Origin: Selaginella moellendorffii
Lineage: Eukaryota > Plantae > Lycopodiophyta
Direction of reading: 5' to 3'
Assembly (NCBI RefSeq): GCF_000143415.4
Contig: NW_003314304.1
Location: forward strand, 1,174,047 to 1,238,046
Length of the DNA: 64,000 bases
Part shown: positions 1-11,076 of the stretch, piece after piece
Layout of the letters: every line of letters starts with the position of its first letter
How positions within the stretch are numbered: position 1 is the stretch's first letter
Translations under genes and position numbers: made by a program
Notes under the pieces: model-generated
What the model was told of the DNA's origin: nothing
What the model saw: only the letters and a program-made list of their open reading frames with translations
The model's database searches: none

Positions 1-1264
1 TTGGAGTGGATTATTAAAGACTTATTAAGCGGATCTGTCTCTCCATAGCGTTCATACTGGAGCATATTCGGTATTGCCGATCTTTCGTTCACGCAGCTCC
101 TTCATAGCAATCTGCAGAGAACATTCAAGAGCTCCATCACTCCACACAAATTCCTTTTCAGAGTTTCTATACCTCGAGTGGATCTCGAGTGAAGTTTTGG
201 CTTTCTTAGCGAAGAATCGTGCAGAATCTGGCAAGGTATAATCTGAAAAGTATAAGCTAAAATGCATTTCTTTTGTCTTCTTTCATTCTCCATGGTATGT
301 GGGACTTCTCTCAGCATATCCCGAGCTGCATATCCAGTGATTCAAAGCAAAGTCTCACCCTTATACCCCTCTTTGATGATGGGCGGGCAATTAGCACACC
401 ATTATTCTTCCATGTCTTGTCTTTCTCTAGTCGGCCACCCAGAATATAAAATGCGACCACCACCTCCATTGCAAACTCCAGAGGGAAGGCTCCAAACTTT
501 TGAGTGAGCAAAGGGCTCTCACCTCGAGAACTCGGACAAGCTCTCTCGAATCCAAGCTTGGCTCCTTTCGTTATTCTTCTCCTCTTCGTCCCCTTTCAAG
601 AGTAAGCTTGGTTTGTTTGGTCTTTGCTCTCGTGGTTCTGAGCTTGTGATTCTTTCAGTTTTCTTGCGCCAGAAATCGGGACTCCGACGAAACAAAACGT
701 TCCACTTCCAGAAAGAGTACGTGCCTCACTTCCTTCCATGCTCAAGTGATTCTTTCATTTCCCTTTCGCTCGCATAAGTTACTCGTGTTGACAGTGTATA
801 ACTGTGTAACTTATGACAGCCTCTTTTCATGTAGATTTCCTGACAATCCCTGTCTCCTTTTTGTTGCTCCAGAGGCCAATGGACATGGATTGCTTGCTTC
901 TTCTCTCCTCTTGCACTCCGCCGCGTCAGTTTCACTCGGGAAAACGTATGTAATTGTTCGTTGGCCGCGGCGAGAAATGAAGGCTTTCCCGCTTTTCTCC
1001 AGAGATGATCTTAAGACGCTGTTTTCTTGTGAGAACCGGTACTGGTGCTCCTCCCCAGCACCATGCAATTTTTTATGATTCCACGCCACCATTTGTCTCG
1101 TCATATGCTCACTGCCGCTGTTCTTCTTCACCTGCTTCCAGAGCACGGGCGACACAAAACTTTGAAGGGGCATTGTCAACTTGACACCATTTCCACCAGG
1201 TATTTCATCTCTTGGTTGATCGTTTTCTTGACGATGCTCGCCTCAAGTAACCAAGCTTTCAGGC

Positions 1265-1580
1265 ATGGTGAACCTCCAGAAGCAGCTTGAGAATCAGCTC
1301 GTCCCAGAGTGGCGGGTGAATTACTGCGACTACAAGCAGCTCAAGAAAGTTGAGATTCTACAGGTCGATCCAAAGGTCTTCTCGGTTGACAAGAGCAAGC
1401 TCCAAAACTTGCTGCAAAATCCCAGCGCCATCCTGAGCAGCTGCTGCGAAGGAAACTTCCATGCTTTTCGGGGTCCAAAACGCGTGATTGTGGGAAGTGA
1501 GACCACTTACTTCAGACAATGAAAAACAAAGCTCATGCATGGACATTTCCTGTGGTGCCACACAACATATGTTTGACTGA
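1265..1580 (+). pseudogene. SPX-domain N-terminal fragment (PHO1/SPX-EXS-like)
   Basis: MVNLQKQLENQLVPEWRVNYCDYKQLKK matches the SPX N-terminal motif (MxFxKxL..QLVPEW...Y.DYK.LKK); it stops after 85 aa and no downstream exons are recognisable. Confidence 0.7.
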
Positions 1581-2966
1581 GATGATACAAAGAAATTTTA
1601 TACCATTTTGAGCTCTTGTTTAACGAGATCCTTGGGAGAAGCTTTTGGAAGTTCTTAAGTAGTGTCCTATCTGATAGAATAGTGTAAAATTATCAAATTT
1701 TACTTACAAAGTTTTGATCGTTCTTTTCAATATTCAAGATCCCAATATCCTCTACATTAATCTAGTGTCAACTTAAATTAAACTGCCATTGCTTGGGACC
1801 ACAATAGCTTATGCCATAGGTTGTGGGATCCATTGCTTGCACTAGAGCAATTCGTTACATTGGATTTCCTTTGGATCTTTGAACAATCGAGGAGCACCAG
1901 GATTTCAATATGGTGGCATTAAGAATATTCACTATATTTGCAAATATAACAAATTCCTTTTTTGTATGTAAACTTTTAAGTACAAAAAAACCAAATATCA
2001 CTTTTTGCAAGAGTATATGTAAGGAATTAGAAGACTCAATAAATAACAATATGTATTTCTTGCTTGTCAAATCCTTCTCCACTGAGCATTAGAAAGCTGC
2101 TTACTCACTAATAATTTTATTAAATAATATTAAATTTATTTCTTTGCATTTAAGTTGATTGTTGTATTTATTTTGAAAATTGATTTATGGAACCATTCAT
2201 CAACATCAACATGACCATAACATGTAAGTTGCCAAGCTGTAATATTGCAATATATTTATAGCTTGATCAAACTATCTTGATTGGGAATAAACAACCTCTT
2301 TTTTTGGTTGACAATAAATATGTAAAATATTGTTATCATGAAAAGTTACTGTGGAGTTGGAACATGGCATTACTTGGAAATCAACCCCTTTGCATAATTA
2401 ATTTTGTAAAAGTAGCTATTAATAAGGCTCCATAGTGTTTATATTTCTTGCTTAAGCATGATATCTAAGCTCTACTAATCAAGCACAAGAGAAATGCATA
2501 GTAGGATTTTTTTGGCACTTAATTTTTGAATATTGCTAAAAGATAAGTTTAATGAGCATAAGTCATTTTGTGCTGATGGCTAAAAAATAGTAATCAAAAG
2601 TTTTACATAACTTCTATGTGCTCATCATATTTACACATGTAGCCATCCCTTGCACTGAAAGAAGTTGTTCACTATTAATACAATATAAATTAATGGATCA
2701 AGAAATGAAATTCAGACCAAAAGGTCATGAATAGGTATGAGTATGACATATACAATAGTACCTAATTCCTTTCAGCAAAAAAATAGCATCTAGTAAACTC
2801 TAAGAAGGCATAGTAATAAAAACTATGAAGCTATGGTTGAACCACTCTTGAAGCTTCATTCTATCATTCTCTCCCCTATTCCATGACGGTAAGTTAATCT
2901 TTCTCCTGCAAGCCTTGGCCTCATCCAATTGCTAGTCACGCACTCAAGAAGGTAATTTGCTCTAGT

Positions 2967-4300
2967 TTGACTAACTTTTTTAGTGTCTTCCAAAGAAAGA
3001 TTTGTAAGTCATGCCTTGGTAATGGAAGAAGAGCCACGGGTGGAGGAAAGGCCACACTCCTCACTCTGCATAGTGAGTTACAAAGAGCTTCTAAGAGGCA
3101 GATTAGTTTGAAGGATATGGCAATTGGTCAAGGTGCTGGACCATATTCCATGGTTGTGGATCTGCGTAAAGTCAAAGCAGATATTTCAATTCCACAACTG
3201 TCAGCAATGTATCCCAAGCTTCGGGTGGAGGTTCAGGCAGGGGTAAACACATGACTAACACCAAGGAAGTTAGCGGTTAGTGTAGTTGATGTGGCATCGG
3301 ATGTAGATGAGCAAGCTCCTGTGGTAGATGTCATAGTGCATGGTTATTGGCTGACTGGTTGTTTAGTGGATAGTGGTACTGCTATTAACATGATGGGCCA
3401 TGAGGTGGCACAGTGGTTGTCTTTGACTTTAGAAAAATGCCATAGAATGATTCGGTTAACTGATGACAAGTGCGAGGTCTGTTTCGTATTCTTAAACCGA
3501 ATCTGGTACGATTACATGAGAAAGTCCTTGAATTAATGGCAAAATTTGAGCTTTTTCAGATCCAGCATGTTGAGCGGGGAGATTTGGAGGCAGTGAAAAC
3601 TTTGTCAAAGAAGGGACTTCAACAGGGGAACTAAGTAACAAAGGTGGTGATACTGGAGCTGGTTAAGGAAGAGGGTTTCAGTAGGGTGGAACACATTAGT
3701 TTGGATGAGGAACTTGCAGGAGTGGTGACATTTCTGACCACAAGCGATGTTCCAGAAAGGGAAACTGTTGTGGAGCTAAAGCAGCATTTAGCAAAGTTGG
3801 CTAGGAACTACACATTTCTAGATGGACTCTTGTTCTTCCGGTGGAAAGATGGTGTCCTGAAAAGAGTAGTGGAAGACGAGGATCGAACACGACTACTGTA
3901 GTTGTTTCACAATGGCATTTGTGGATGACACTTTGCAACAGCAGGCACAGCTTGGAAAATTCTCACTACGGGTTATTGTTGGCCAGGACGTTGGAGGGAT
4001 GCAAAGGCATGGGCTTTGAGTTGCCAGCACATAGAATCAAATTCTTCAACAAGGGAAGGTGATTGGACATGGATGCTTAGCCCAGCTCTTTTTGCATTCC
4101 GCACATATTCAAATTGACAAAAGGTTTCACTCTTTATCAATTGGTTTATGGAGTTGAGCCAATCATGCCACCGGAATTAGAGATGCCAACTTTTTGAAAG
4201 AGTACCTTCCAGCAGACTAATCCATTTTAAGATGTTGAAGCTCGTATCGTGCAGCTTTTGGAGATGTACGAGGACCGCTTGGAAGCTTTGGAGAGGATTG
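2967..4300 (+). mobile_element. Degenerate, internally deleted Ty3/gypsy remnant (late gag, protease, integrase pieces)
   Basis: Protease-like CLVDSGTAINMM (3291-3536); pre-integrase LARNYTFLDGLLFFRWKDGVLKRVV followed by a broken H-G-CG-HFA zinc motif; late integrase YQLVYGVEPIMP near 4135-4170; many stops and frameshifts. Confidence 0.75.
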
Positions 4301-5202
4301 AGACTGTTCAGGGAGTCTTGTTGGAGAAGCTTCCATAGGATGCCAGAATATTTTTTAAGAATATTCTGAAGAATGTACCGGAGAACTAGTTTGTATATGC
4401 TAGTTCCATGACACCATGCTGCTTGCGTAATTCCCAAACACATGTTGTAATGTTTTCCATCAGAAAACACTCTTGTGGGCTTTGAAGTCATTGAAGGTGA
4501 AGGTTTTTAGTAAGATTTGTTACGCATTGATTTGGATGCGAGAAGGTTTTGGATGAAGTGTTATTCTGAAGCTGACTGTAGTGGTCAATAAGTCTCATGC
4601 TGGGGATAAGATGATGTTGCTCAAGTTGGTGACAAAAAAGGTGTAAAAATGTGATCAAAGTCGGTGTTCATGTAAGCAAATGTCTATTATTTGTTCATTT
4701 GTAGTTGATACTCTTCCCAGCAGAGGAGTGACCGTCGTGGAACAAGGATTAGTGATCCATACACAAGAATACATAGGAAGCCAAGACAAAACAAGCCTTT
4801 ACACTTGCCGATTGCTAGTTGAGCTCGGCTGGATTGAAAAAATCTACTTAGACAGAGAATTCACAATCTTGGCTCAGAAAGCTTGGTGGTACTTTTATGA
4901 CCCGGTGATATACGTATACGGGCATTTACCACCTTCATACTTGTGCTTTTTCTGGGTTTTCTTCAGCAAATCCGACGTTTGTTGCCGCCCGAGGAGGCTC
5001 AGAGCAAAGACTGCTACCACACAGCATTAACACAAGAGTATGGGCCTCAGCCCGTTGGATTGACTCCAAAACTCATAGAATTACAGGAACAAACCTGAGG
5101 TGGAACCGAGGATTGAATGCATGGAAGGACCCTCGGGAACCACTTCCGAAGCGCACGAGATGCGCAATTGAATATCAAGATATCGGCAGCCCTCTCTGAC
5201 TT

Positions 5203-5586
5203 TTGATTACTCAGGAGGTCATTAGCTCTCCTTTAGCGAATATCAACATTGATTGGGACACTCAGACGATCATTGTTCGTCCTATACCATCACAACGTCC
5301 CCCTATACCAAGACCACAAGATCTCTATTCTCGACTAAAACGAATCAATGTTGTCAAGAGGATAGGATTGGTCTGTACACCAGAAAACGATCTGAGCTGG
5401 TTAGCACCTCCAAATTTGCCATTCGAACAGCTTGAGAAAGCACTTTACGATGTGATTATGGTGGTAGATCCCCACAAACTTGTACTGATCTACACCAATC
5501 AACGATACAGATACAATACCTTTGATTTAGCAACCCGAAACCGAAGCATGCAGCCGAATGAGTTCAATACCATTCGCCAAAGGTGA
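5203..5586 (+). CDS. Small accessory ORF upstream of gag, homologous to 31194-31529
   Basis: DWDTQTIIVR...RPQDLYSRLKRINVVKRIGLVC...WLAPPNLPFEQLEKALYD aligns with DWETQTLIVR...RPKQLFKNLDKIGLLKRVAIVC...WRAAPNLTSEQLHRSIYD in the second gypsy element. Confidence 0.65.
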   Translation: MITQEVISSPLANINIDWDTQTIIVRPIPSQRPPIPRPQDLYSRLKRINVVKRIGLVCTPENDLSWLAPPNLPFEQLEKALYDVIMVVDPHKLVLIYTNQRYRYNTFDLATRNRSMQPNEFNTIRQR

Positions 5587-5883
5587 CCCGATTAAGCAGA
5601 GAGAGACAAAAGAGCAGAAGATAGATCTGCCAGAAAATCACAACTCCAACAGCAACGCGAAAACATTCTCGAACGAGTATTCACTAAGATCGGACAACAA
5701 GACAGCCAGACTCAGACTTCAAATACGATACCCAAGATCCGAGAATTTAGTCCCGATAGACGGACACCGAGTCCAGAGTTTCCTGGACTAAATCCATTCG
5801 AAGCATCATCCTCAAGAGGATATCAATTTCCCTTTATCAGCAGCCCACTCACAAAACTGACTACTGTTCAAGAGACACCAATC

Positions 5884-8800
5884 TTGACACATACAACAAT
5901 ATTCGAAGCAAAAGAAGAACACAAGTCGGAAGACGAGTCTGACCACCCGCAACCCGAAGCCCAGGAAGCATCAACAGCAGAGTCTGCTGGAACATCAACA
6001 CAGACAACACCTATTACACATACAAGGCAGGACATTGAGTCCGAAGATCCACAAAAACAACAACCGGAAAACAATTCCGAAGTTGAAAAACAATTTAGCC
6101 AGGGAGAGCGTAAAACCAACGGGGCTTACGTCGAGCTCACGTTTGACTTACCGTATGGGCGAACGGTCTCTTACCCGATTTTTCAAGGTGCCAAAGGTGA
6201 AGATCCAGATCGACACCTCCAACAATACAACAAAGCCATTACCATCAATGGCCAAGAAGCCTATCGAGAAACACTTTTTCAGTACACACTGAAAGACAGA
6301 GCACTCGACTGGTATTACACCTTAGACAAAGACAAGCAATACGATGATATTATAAAAGCTTTCAAGCTTCGATATCAGTCACAGAGAACACCCAAAGAAC
6401 ACCTCGAGATCCTCAAAAACATCAGACAGGATCCAGATGAAGACATCCAAGAATACACACGAAGATTCAACGACCATGCAGCCAAATGCACGGAACTCTT
6501 AACCGATAGAGGACGAAGAAACTGGTACTTTCGGGGAATGCTCAAAAGGTACCGACAATACTTTGCATCACTCATACCGGCAATGGCACTTGATGATGAG
6601 ACAACCACTTCAAAGTTTGGAGTTCAAGAAATGTGCGAGTTTGCCATAGCCGTTGATAGGCAGATGAAGGCATTCAACCCAAATCTCTTCGAAATGAACA
6701 ACAATGATGAAGACGAAGATATGGAAAGAAAAAGAGACAAGAGTCACGACTCAAATGAGGACTCTATCCCAAATATACTCAAGAAATTGCTCAAAGGCAA
6801 AAACAAGGAAACCAAAACGAAGTATTCGGAACTCAAACCCGGAGTATTTTGTGCCAAATGCAAAAATGAAGGGCACGCATCCAGCGAATGCAAATTCCAG
6901 GTACCACGATGTCAAATATGTGACCGAGAAGGACACACAGCTCAGATTTGCCGACAGAGAATGTACACTGAGGTGCAGCAAGTATCCAATTTCAATCGAA
7001 GAGACAATCGGCCTCCGTATCTGAACAATCGGCCCCCACATCTGAACGATCGGCCCCAGTATCCAAACGAGAGGAACACATGGAACTACCGAGGACCACC
7101 TCGAAATGACCGGAGGAGAGATGACTATCGTCGACCATATGGCCCTTATGGCCAATCCAGCCAGCAATACACTAACCGAGGTTACCAAGGCCAACCGTAC
7201 GACCAGGCTCCGACTTACCTTCAATACGAGAGAATGCAACAACCACAGCCGCAAAACTACCAAGATATGAGAAATGCGAATTCAAATCGTCCACAGCCTC
7301 TAGGACAAAGGATACAATATCAAGGTCGAGAACAAGCACAAGGTCCACCAAATAGACCTCAACAACCAACAAGTCGGTCAGTGGAAATCACCGAACCACA
7401 AGAAACCGGAACAAAGGAGAATTACGAACAACAGCCAACAGCCCGGGCAATAACCCGAGCGCGAGCTCGGCAACCCGAACCGGAGCCAGAAGATAACAAC
7501 GACCCGGAGGTAGAGGAAATTTCCTCTTCGGAGTGGAAGAAAGCGAAACGAAAAACTCAGGAGATTACCGAGGAGCTCAGGAACATGGCTCCCGAAATCA
7601 ACGACATCAATGACCAGGAATTACCGCAAGGCTACGAGCCTTTCACACAAGATGAACACACTGAAATAGTGAATCAGATTTTGCAGCAAGGAGTTACGTT
7701 GACACTTCAACAAATACTTCAGCTTGCACCATACTTGACCAAACAAATCTTAAATGCTACTCAGACTCAGCCGAACGCTAGGAAAGATCGGCCAACAGTC
7801 GAAGCACTCCAAGCCGAGGTACAACCTGGAGACTATGACGGAGATTCACCATGCATCAATATTATTGTCGGCAAAAACAAACCCGTGGAAGCTATACTCG
7901 ACGGTGGCTCAGGAGTAAATATCATGGAATACAACACTTTCAAATCTCTAGGCACGGGACAATGCGAGCCAGCCCCATTTAACGTCATCATGGCTGACCA
8001 GCGACAAATCCGACCATTCGGGATCATTCGAAATGTACCTATACAAGTCAAAGCAAACAAGTACAGACTCAACTTCATCATCCTCAAGATGACCGATGCC
8101 GAAGGCGGATACGATGTTCTACTGGGCCGAACATGGCTCCGCAGTGCAGACATTCTACATTTTTGGGGAAGTAACAAGATAACTCTAGGCCAGCATCCAG
8201 ATGCACCGCAGTTATCGACAACACGTACTAAACGAATTCTTCAGTCAAACAAGCCGATACATGTAGAACCATATGACTGGCACGAAGGATTGGACGATAT
8301 GGAAGAACTCCAACTACTCCAGGCATATCCTGAACTACAACCAATCACGCAGGTCGACCTTAGACGAATCCTGCCGCAAAATACGAAAACACAATCCGAA
8401 GCATTCGCCAAAACACAGCCGAAGGTCGGCCAACGTGAAATTCCGGATATCAAACCCGAACAAATACAATCACGAGAACATAAAATAGAGCTTGACAAAA
8501 CTCCAGCATTGGTGAAACAAGGAGAGACGCTTCAAAACAAAATCAAAGTCAATGAAGATCTGGATACAGTGAACATAGGGACAAGCGAACAGCCCCGAAA
8601 TGTTCTCATGGCTCAGGAACTCGATTCCGACTTCAAACAACAAGCTATCGACCTTTTGCGACGAAACCAAGATATTTTCGCATGGTCATACAAAGATTTA
8701 CGAGGAATACCCCCAGAGTTGTATACTCATCGCATTCAACTCATTCCAGGAGCAACACCAAAGAAACAGAGAGCATACCGAATGAACCCGAACTTCCAGG

Positions 8801-11076
8801 AAAGGGTGAAAGCCGAACTCGACAAACTCCTCGAGGCTCAATTCATCAGGCCGATACAGAATGCTAGATGGCTATCACCACTAGTAATCGTGCCCAAGAA
8901 AAATGGCAAGCTACGAATATGTGTCAATTACAAGAAGTTGAACGAGAGCACCACCATCGACACATTTCCAATTCCATTCATAGACGAGATACTGGATTCA
9001 GTTGCCGGACATGAAATGTACTCATTTCTGGACGGATTTAGTGGTTATAACCAAGTGCACATCGCAGAAGAAGATCAACATAAAACAGCTTTCATCAGCC
9101 CGTGGGGAGCTTACGCATATTTGCGCATGCCATTCGGCCTTACGAATGCTCCATTCACATTCCAAAGAATTATAACTGAGACTTTTCAGGAATACCTTAC
9201 AGACTTTATGCGAGTTTTTATGGACGATTTCAGCGTCTTCAGCAACAAAGCAAGACACTTGGAATGCCTTCAAAAATGCTTCAACAAGTGCAGGGACAAC
9301 AACATCGCTCTAAATCCGGAGAAGTGCACCTTTTTCGTAAAATCGGGAGTTCTACTCGGACATGTTGTCTGTGAACATGACATTCTAATAGACAAAGCCA
9401 AAACGGAGATCATTCTCAATATGGAACCTCCAACAGAAGTCTCAGGAGTCCGAAGATTTCTAGGAAAAATGGGATATCACCGCCGGTTCATCCGAGATTA
9501 CGCTCGGATCAGTAAACCGATAACTGACCTGTTGAAGAAGCAACAGCTATTTAAATGGACTTCTGAGTGCGACACAGCATTTCAAACACTCAAGAGTCAT
9601 TTGGTGCGAGCACCAATACTTGTTCAACCGAATTGGAAACGAGAATTCATTGTCCAAGTAGACGCATCCGATTATGCAATCGGGGCCATACTTTCCCAAC
9701 TTCAAGACGACGGGAAGGACCGACCGATATATTATGCCGGACGTCAGCTGAACCCAGCCGAAATGAACTATACAACCACAGAAAAGGAAATGCTCGGAAT
9801 GGTTTACGCTCTGCAAAAATTTAGGCACTATCTACTGGCCAATAGAGTCAAAATCATGGTCGATCATAAGGCCTTGTTACATTTACTCAACAAGCCAGTG
9901 TTGACAGGACACATTGCAAGATGGTTCCTTTTGCTTCAGGAATACAATTTCGAAATTATTCACAAACCAGGAAGACAACACGAACAAGCTGATCATCTCA
10001 GCCGAATCACGACAGGCGAAGACTTGAAATACTCCAACGATGACTTCCCAGATGCTCACCTATTAACTGTCAAAGCAATTCGGGCGTACAATCCGACTTG
10101 GCTTCAGGACATCCAACACTACCTCACGACGGGTAGCATACCCGACAACTACACAACAGCTGACCAAAAACGACAATTTGCCTTGAGGACAAGGCCTTAT
10201 TCAGTTGTGGGAGGAAGATTATACAAGCTTGGAATCGATAATGTTCTAAGACGATGTGTCGAGCAAGACGAAACATCGGAATTGCTATCCGAAGCTCACG
10301 AAGGCAAATCCGGAGGACATTTCGGCAGTGAGATCACAGCAAGAAAAGTACTACAAGCAGGCCTATGGTGGCCGAACCTGTGGGCAGACGCGGAGAAGCA
10401 TTGCAGAGAATGTGATGTCTGCCAACGGACTAAACCACCTCCGAAGAAAATTCTCCAGGAACTACATCCGACAACAGCAATGGAACCTTTTCAAAGGTGG
10501 GGACTTGACTTTGTCGGTCCACTGACGATGAGTTCTAAGAGAAACAAGTACGTACTGATTGCTACAGATTACATGACAAAATGGGCCGAAGCATTGCCGT
10601 TGAAAGAAGCTACAGCTCGGAATACAGCGAAATTTATTTACGAATACATTATTGTCCGATATGGCCTTCCTAGAGAAATAGTCACCGACAGAGGAACTCA
10701 TTTCCTCAAAAGAACACTGGAGATCCTAACCCAGGAATTCATGATCAAGCACAAGGCGTCTACACCGTATTATCCACAAGGAAATGGTCAGGCCGAATCA
10801 ACCAACAAGACGTTGAAAAATATCCTGAAAAAGATCTCAGCTACGCACTTGAGAGACTGGGATGAGAGAATTCACGACGCATTATGGGCGTACAGAATGG
10901 CCTACAAAATCTCTACCAACACGACGCCATTTCGGCTAGCATTCGGGCTAGAAGCCCTGACACCACTCGAATATGTTGTTCCAACTCTCAGGACAGCAGT
11001 TGAACTCAGTATCAACCAAGAAGGAGTGAAAAAGAGGCTTGCTATGCTTGACAAGTTATGTGAAGAAAGACTTTGA
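5884..11076 (+). CDS. Ty3/gypsy Gag-Pol polyprotein (non-chromovirus, Athila/Selgy-like)
   Basis: Two CCHC knuckles (CAKCKNEGHASSEC, CQICDREGHTAQIC), protease ILDGGSGVN, RT (FLDGFSGYNQV, MPFGLTNAP, VFMDDF), RNase H (VDASDYAIG, TTTEKE), integrase (HHCC, GLDFVGP, TDRGTHF, QAESTNK). Ends at an in-frame TGA before the integrase GPF motif. Confidence 0.95.
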   Translation: MTHTTIFEAKEEHKSEDESDHPQPEAQEASTAESAGTSTQTTPITHTRQDIESEDPQKQQPENNSEVEKQFSQGERKTNGAYVELTFDLPYGRTVSYPIFQGAKGEDPDRHLQQYNKAITINGQEAYRETLFQYTLKDRALDWYYTLDKDKQYDDIIKAFKLRYQSQRTPKEHLEILKNIRQDPDEDIQEYTRRFNDHAAKCTELLTDRGRRNWYFRGMLKRYRQYFASLIPAMALDDETTTSKFGVQEMCEFAIAVDRQMKAFNPNLFEMNNNDEDEDMERKRDKSHDSNEDSIPNILKKLLKGKNKETKTKYSELKPGVFCAKCKNEGHASSECKFQVPRCQICDREGHTAQICRQRMYTEVQQVSNFNRRDNRPPYLNNRPPHLNDRPQYPNERNTWNYRGPPRNDRRRDDYRRPYGPYGQSSQQYTNRGYQGQPYDQAPTYLQYERMQQPQPQNYQDMRNANSNRPQPLGQRIQYQGREQAQGPPNRPQQPTSRSVEITEPQETGTKENYEQQPTARAITRARARQPEPEPEDNNDPEVEEISSSEWKKAKRKTQEITEELRNMAPEINDINDQELPQGYEPFTQDEHTEIVNQILQQGVTLTLQQILQLAPYLTKQILNATQTQPNARKDRPTVEALQAEVQPGDYDGDSPCINIIVGKNKPVEAILDGGSGVNIMEYNTFKSLGTGQCEPAPFNVIMADQRQIRPFGIIRNVPIQVKANKYRLNFIILKMTDAEGGYDVLLGRTWLRSADILHFWGSNKITLGQHPDAPQLSTTRTKRILQSNKPIHVEPYDWHEGLDDMEELQLLQAYPELQPITQVDLRRILPQNTKTQSEAFAKTQPKVGQREIPDIKPEQIQSREHKIELDKTPALVKQGETLQNKIKVNEDLDTVNIGTSEQPRNVLMAQELDSDFKQQAIDLLRRNQDIFAWSYKDLRGIPPELYTHRIQLIPGATPKKQRAYRMNPNFQERVKAELDKLLEAQFIRPIQNARWLSPLVIVPKKNGKLRICVNYKKLNESTTIDTFPIPFIDEILDSVAGHEMYSFLDGFSGYNQVHIAEEDQHKTAFISPWGAYAYLRMPFGLTNAPFTFQRIITETFQEYLTDFMRVFMDDFSVFSNKARHLECLQKCFNKCRDNNIALNPEKCTFFVKSGVLLGHVVCEHDILIDKAKTEIILNMEPPTEVSGVRRFLGKMGYHRRFIRDYARISKPITDLLKKQQLFKWTSECDTAFQTLKSHLVRAPILVQPNWKREFIVQVDASDYAIGAILSQLQDDGKDRPIYYAGRQLNPAEMNYTTTEKEMLGMVYALQKFRHYLLANRVKIMVDHKALLHLLNKPVLTGHIARWFLLLQEYNFEIIHKPGRQHEQADHLSRITTGEDLKYSNDDFPDAHLLTVKAIRAYNPTWLQDIQHYLTTGSIPDNYTTADQKRQFALRTRPYSVVGGRLYKLGIDNVLRRCVEQDETSELLSEAHEGKSGGHFGSEITARKVLQAGLWWPNLWADAEKHCRECDVCQRTKPPPKKILQELHPTTAMEPFQRWGLDFVGPLTMSSKRNKYVLIATDYMTKWAEALPLKEATARNTAKFIYEYIIVRYGLPREIVTDRGTHFLKRTLEILTQEFMIKHKASTPYYPQGNGQAESTNKTLKNILKKISATHLRDWDERIHDALWAYRMAYKISTNTTPFRLAFGLEALTPLEYVVPTLRTAVELSINQEGVKKRLAMLDKLCEERL

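Noticed and set aside
4300-5200. 5' LTR/PBS of the large gypsy element
   Set aside because: No TG...CA repeat pair or PBS could be located, so the element boundary is left undefined.
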